A stretch of DNA of 64,000 nucleotides, taken from positions 124,001 through 188,000 of the forward strand of contig MCFE01000049.1 in the NCBI GenBank assembly GCA_002104905.1, written 5' to 3'. The DNA comes from Basidiobolus meristosporus CBS 931.73. Taxonomy: Eukaryota > Fungi > Basidiobolomycota. Below, piece after piece: positions 61,957-64,000 of the stretch. The translations under genes and the position numbers were made by a program. Positions within the stretch are counted from its first letter, which is position 1. Every line of letters begins with the position of its first letter. The notes under the pieces were generated by a model, which was not told the origin of the DNA, did not search any database, and was given only the letters and a program-made list of their open reading frames with translations.

Positions 61957-64000
61957 GACGGAGATGGAGTAGTGGAGCAAAAATCGGATATTTCAAGAAA
62001 GGATTATATATTCACTGGCTGAGCAATAAATAATCCGGCGACTCAGCGAGGTAAAAACACCCAGGCTGTCTTAGGAAAAGTATGTACACGCACGTTTCGG
62101 TAGGAGATATAATCACTTTACCACCTGCGACAATCGCAACCAGATGTCTGTAAATGGCTTTCCTTTTGGTGTAGCTCGATCAAGGTTGGTGGGTGGGAGT
62201 CGTCCGATCACAAACACGAATGGCTGTGCTATCTATGCTGACAAGGAGGGAGGGAGGTAGGTGTTATATATTGAAAACAAGTCGGATTAAAAGCTGCCAC
62301 CGCTTACATCCAAGTGTATTTATACATCCGAACAGCCGATCAGCTCGGGCCAATCACCGTCGCCTGTGGGTACACTGAAAAAAGAATATTTCAAACTCCT
62401 TTGTGTGCCATTAAATAAGTACAATACATATTGAGAGGAAGAGCTGGCCATCCATATCTAGAAAGAAGTCACCTGGTTGGTTCACTGAGACCATTACCAA
62501 ACATTGAGATGGCAACGCTCTTGAATGGAGCCATCACATCGTCAGCTACACGCAATGTTGGCATCAATGCAAAGGGCCATCAGCCCACCATATCAGCGCC
62601 TGCCGAGTGGGCCGATACACAGGACGTTGGGAGCAATCTGCAGTAACAAGAGCCTCAATCCCCTGTACCTTGCAGCGGGTATGTGTAACCCATCACCGAT
62701 TGTAGCGAACACTTTCACGTGAAGACAGCATCTGAGGCACCTCATGAATACGCGGAGATTAGGCAGAGCAAAGCTGTATGGTGGCCAAGGTCAGGGTTTG
62801 ATGTCGATTTCGGTAAAATTGATTTCCGGAAGGAACATGTTCGATCATAATCTGCTGCCAGATACAATCTACGCAGAGGAAAGCAGCTTACATGTCTACA
62901 CATGCTAAAAACAGTGCTGCACACTTTTCCATGGTCCCTCAGTTCTCCTGCCAATCAGTAGGTAGAGACATGTGATTTCAAGGTAATTTGACCAAAATCA
63001 ACCCCGCTCCATTGGCCAAGCTCCCAAGGAGACTCTCGATTGGAGGAGATGGTTGGTCTCAAATTGGATTAATGTTACTTCACCATAGTTGAGGTTGTCA
63101 GACTCTGGACTAATCTATGAGCTCCTTCATTTGGGCTGACAGTGTGGCTCGATATATCAGGTGGGAGAGTACGGTTTCGCTATCTAATGGCGGCCAGCCT
63201 CATCTGAAGCTTACTCAACATTGTTCCTTTATGTAGGCTGGTTGCTACATCTCGACAGGCCCCACCCGTCTCCAGGCCCAATTGTTGAGTGGCATTTGCC
63301 AAGCAGAACATAGGGTGCTCAGAGCTACCACAGGCTAGGTGTGATGATGCCGAGTCCAATGAGGCATGTATGATTGTATCAATCGAATATAGCTCCTGAT
63401 ATGCGAGCAACTGCAGGCTAATCAGACGGATTAAACTCGTTTATTGTTGAGAGCGATTTGTCTGTCTAACTATCGAATTGGCCTTTGGGGTCACTAAATT
63501 AAATGTCACGGTCATATGGCGCTCATTTGACTAGTCAGAGTCATGATATACATTGATTAGGAAATAGCCAGTGTGGCATCAGTGACCATCAATATCCGGT
63601 TTTTAGTATCCATCGTCTGCCAGCTGGGGCTTTGCCCACTAGTTGTGTAGTTGGTGGCCTGCCACTAAGATGTCCACACTTGGCTCGTAGAGGCCCAGCG
63701 TTCCAAAGAACGGGATGCGAGCGCTTAGATTTCATTGGGATCGGCGTAGACATTGCTGGCCTTCTGCACAAGTGGAGACAATGTAGTCACGTGAATGGCA
63801 TCATTTGGACGTTCTACAATTGATACGGATGCAACAATCCGGGTTGAAAGCATCTCAACACGAAGACAAGCATGGCAGAGGCAAAGCCATGGAATTTCCA
63901 TTTGGCGTTGATGCAGCAGACGCTTCTGTCCTCCGTATCTTGATTAGTATGACACCGCCATGAACACCACAGGATGAATGCAATATAACGGGAAATATTT

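Noticed and set aside
62000-64000. Short ORFs at the right end
   Set aside because: No domain, codon or splice evidence.

Overview
Eukaryotic DNA, most likely from an early-diverging fungus (inferred from short GT-AG introns, fungal-type Ssn6/Faa/Stf2 proteins and a SCAI homolog). The window has two compartments. Positions 1 to ~35,270 are a gene-free, AT-rich, strongly CpG-depleted stack of nested transposons. A basal layer of CMC/EnSpm (CACTA-like) copies has been invaded by several Ty3/Gypsy families, a Ty1/Copia family (two LTRs of one complete element plus six further LTR copies), solo LTRs and one foldback element. From ~35,270 to 64,000 CpG content is normal and there are eight host genes: LRR protein, EB1/BIM1, long-chain acyl-CoA synthetase, Ssn6/Cyc8, SCAI, PX-domain protein, Stf2-like protein and an alpha/beta hydrolase. 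Most insertion junctions and TSDs could be resolved by eye. The most notable signals are: (i) a TGTGG...CCACA LTR group whose four insertions all have 4-bp TSDs centred on C-R, two of them CpG sites whose two copies decayed on opposite strands; (ii) a Copia and a Gypsy-type element sharing one 4-nt target; (iii) a 731-bp foldback element of unclear superfamily; (iv) the abrupt CpG boundary. I found no clearly new protein-based system. All alignments and counts were done by eye.
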